Assembly: GCF_009834535.1 (NCBI RefSeq)
Contig: NC_045696.1
Span: 63,552,001 to 63,616,000 of the forward strand
Direction of reading: 5' to 3'
DNA: 64,000 nt
Origin: Camelus ferus
Taxonomy: Eukaryota
This document shows positions 61,936 through 64,000 of the stretch, in pieces. The position numbers were made by a program, and so were the translations under genes. Positions within the stretch are counted from its first letter, which is position 1. Each line of letters starts with the position of its first letter. The notes beneath the pieces were generated by a model, which did no database searches, had not been told where the DNA came from, and saw only the letters and a list, made by a program, of their open reading frames with translations.

Positions 61936-62329
61936 CTCACGTTAAGAGGTGGAAGAGGGGAGATTGATAGGGTTTTATCTCCTCTGTGGCAAATTCTCAT
62001 CCCCTACATTTACAGTTCTACGTTCCTTTCCATCATTTCACCTGCATTGCTTTTTTTTTTTTTTTTTTTTTTTTTTGCGTTTGGACTTTGCATGACCATA
62101 TTTTGTTCGTTCCTTCGGAACATAGTAATTGAACACCTACCTTGCAGGATACCTCTAAGTACCCGGGAGAGCGGGGTGGGGATGGCGGAGGGTGCGATTC
62201 AGAGATGCAGAGCCGTGATCCTGGCCCTCAAGGTTCTCGTGTCCACAGGGACAGACAGTCCAGTGAAGAGTAACAGCGGCCTGGGGCTGTAAGCAGCAGA
62301 CGCTGAGCAGGACTGTAAGGCGGGCTCTT

Positions 62330-62500
62330 TGCTAATGCTTTAGGGTCATTAACTTGCTTAATCTTCACAGCGACTTTAGGAGGGAGGTGCCATTCTTGCG
62401 CTATTTTACAGATGGTGAAACTAAGGCCCAGAGAGGCCAAGCGGCTTGCTTGAGATGACTCAGCAGTCAATGGCTGAGCCGGGATTTGAACGCAGGCAGA
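62330..62500 (-). mobile_element. MIR SINE
   Basis: CTTAATCTTCACAG...ATTTTACAGATGGTGAAACTAAGGCCCAGAGAGG...GAGCCGGGATTTGAAC. Confidence 0.85.
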
Positions 62501-62914
62501 AAGGCGCCAGACCCTGGGCACTGGACCTCTAAATTTCCCTGATGCTCTGAAACAGACAGGGAGCAGTGGGAGTCCAGAAGCCAGGATGGCCAGTCCTGCC
62601 TGGGAAAATCAGAGTGGACTGTTGTCTGGGGGAAGGGGGACATTATGAGGGGTGGAGCCTTGAAGAGTAGGTTTTCACAAGACAGACATGGTGGCAAGAG
62701 GAAGGCAATTTTAAACAGAAAGAACTTCTGTGGTCCTGGGTTCTCCAGGCCCAGCTCCTTTCACCTTCCATTTTATATTCTTTCTCCAAGGAATGGGAAA
62801 GCGGTAGGGCAGAATCCTTATATTGTGTGAAAACAAGGTCACCTTCCCAGGCCACTTCCTTGGACTGGAAGACTCTATCTCAGCTGTTGAAATTTTACCA
62901 GCTGTCAAGTCTTA

Positions 62915-63175
62915 ACAGTGTCACCTCCTCCTGAAAGCTTTCTGGGACTGCTGTCTCCCCACCAGTAACTGCAGGCAGTCCTTCCTTCTTGTGTCCTTTC
63001 TCACACTTGTCTGTATACAGTAAAGCTCTTGGATTTGGGCTCCATCTTTCTTTCTTACTAGACTGTGAGCTCCGTGAGGGCACTGGGATGTTGCTTCCCT
63101 CCTCACCTGCTTCTGCCCCAAGCGTGGTTTAATATCCTGTCCATAGGAGGTTCTTAATAACTGCATTTGGTGAAA
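62915..63175 (+). mobile_element. L2 3' end
   Basis: GTCACCTCCTCCTGAAAGCTTTCT...CTAGACTGTGAGCTCCGTGAGGGCA...ATAGGAGGTTCTTAATAA. Confidence 0.8.
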
Positions 63176-64000
63176 ACATGGGGGAAAGAGGAAAGGTTTC
63201 TGATCTCATAGGTGTCTCACTTACCCCTCGATGGATAATCAAGCAAGCTAAAAATGGAAATGATATATAGCCCTACTAGAGAAGGTTTGGACCAAGTCTG
63301 CCAAGAGAACACAAAGGTAGAGTCGCCCAAGCCCTGGAGTCCCTTAAAATCCCTCAGACTGGGAGTAGGATTAGTCCTGGGGTCTGGGCAAAGCAGGAAG
63401 TCTTGTTGCCCCAGTTATGGGGAAAGGGCTGTGAGGGCCCAGAGCCAGGAACTTCGTTGCATAATCCGTGTTGATTTCAGTGAGGCTCTCCATAGGGCCA
63501 ATGGCATGGTGGTGGACATTTGACTCTGAAGGGTGAGGCATCAGCTATGGGCACCTGTCAGCACCACTGCTAAGGGGGTCAGGGCTGTGTCTTCTTCTTT
63601 GTTGTATTTTTGTTTGTTTAGAACTAACTTGTAAGAAATTTAATTGGAGAGCAACACAAGCACATGATTTAAAATTGAAGTGATTCAAAAGTTTATACAA
63701 TGAAAATTCTGCCTCCAACATAGACTTTTTTAACTCATCCTCCCAGGGGTAACCATTAAGAGTTTCTTTTTCCAGAGATGCTATGTGCACATATATACAA
63801 TACTTTTGTATTTTTTATCATGACTTGATGAGGTTATTGTGGACATAGTCAAGGCATTTGCAGGTAATGGTGATGCTGTTTTGGCTGTTGGTGCTCTGGA
63901 AAAGAGGTTTAAGTTTTGCTGAACTTGAGAACTAGTCTTGCACATTCTGAATGATATTTGGGAGTAGAAACCTGTAGGAACAAAACCTGCATAGCTCGAA

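Noticed and set aside
1..64000. Prokaryote-type systems (CRISPR arrays, operons, defence islands)
   Set aside because: The sequence is clearly mammalian, with no regularly spaced repeat-spacer array, dense ORF packing or foreign-looking insert.

Overview
Mammalian nuclear DNA, most likely camelid (alpaca/llama/camel), inferred from five copies of a Vic-1-like tRNA-derived SINE plus artiodactyl-type L1 3' ends. I could not support any protein-coding gene: none of the tracked ORFs resembles a protein I recognise. The only recognisable coding remnant is a dead LINE-1 ORF2 C-terminus near 20.9-21.1 kb. The window is MIR/L2/MER/MaLR-rich intergenic or intronic sequence with three CpG islands. The one at ~7.6-7.9 kb looks like a promoter or first exon pointing left (- strand). 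The one at ~17.2-17.6 kb is promoter-like with a possible short + strand intron. The one at ~61.3-61.9 kb is studded with posterior-HOX/CDX and PBX-HOX motifs. There are also several repeat-poor, motif-dense candidate enhancers, isolated exon-like segments, a four-level nested transposon stack, and an LTR with an internal inverted copy. Repeat families are called by eye from remembered consensus sequences, and boundaries without TSD support are approximate. No clearly novel biological system is demonstrable from sequence alone.
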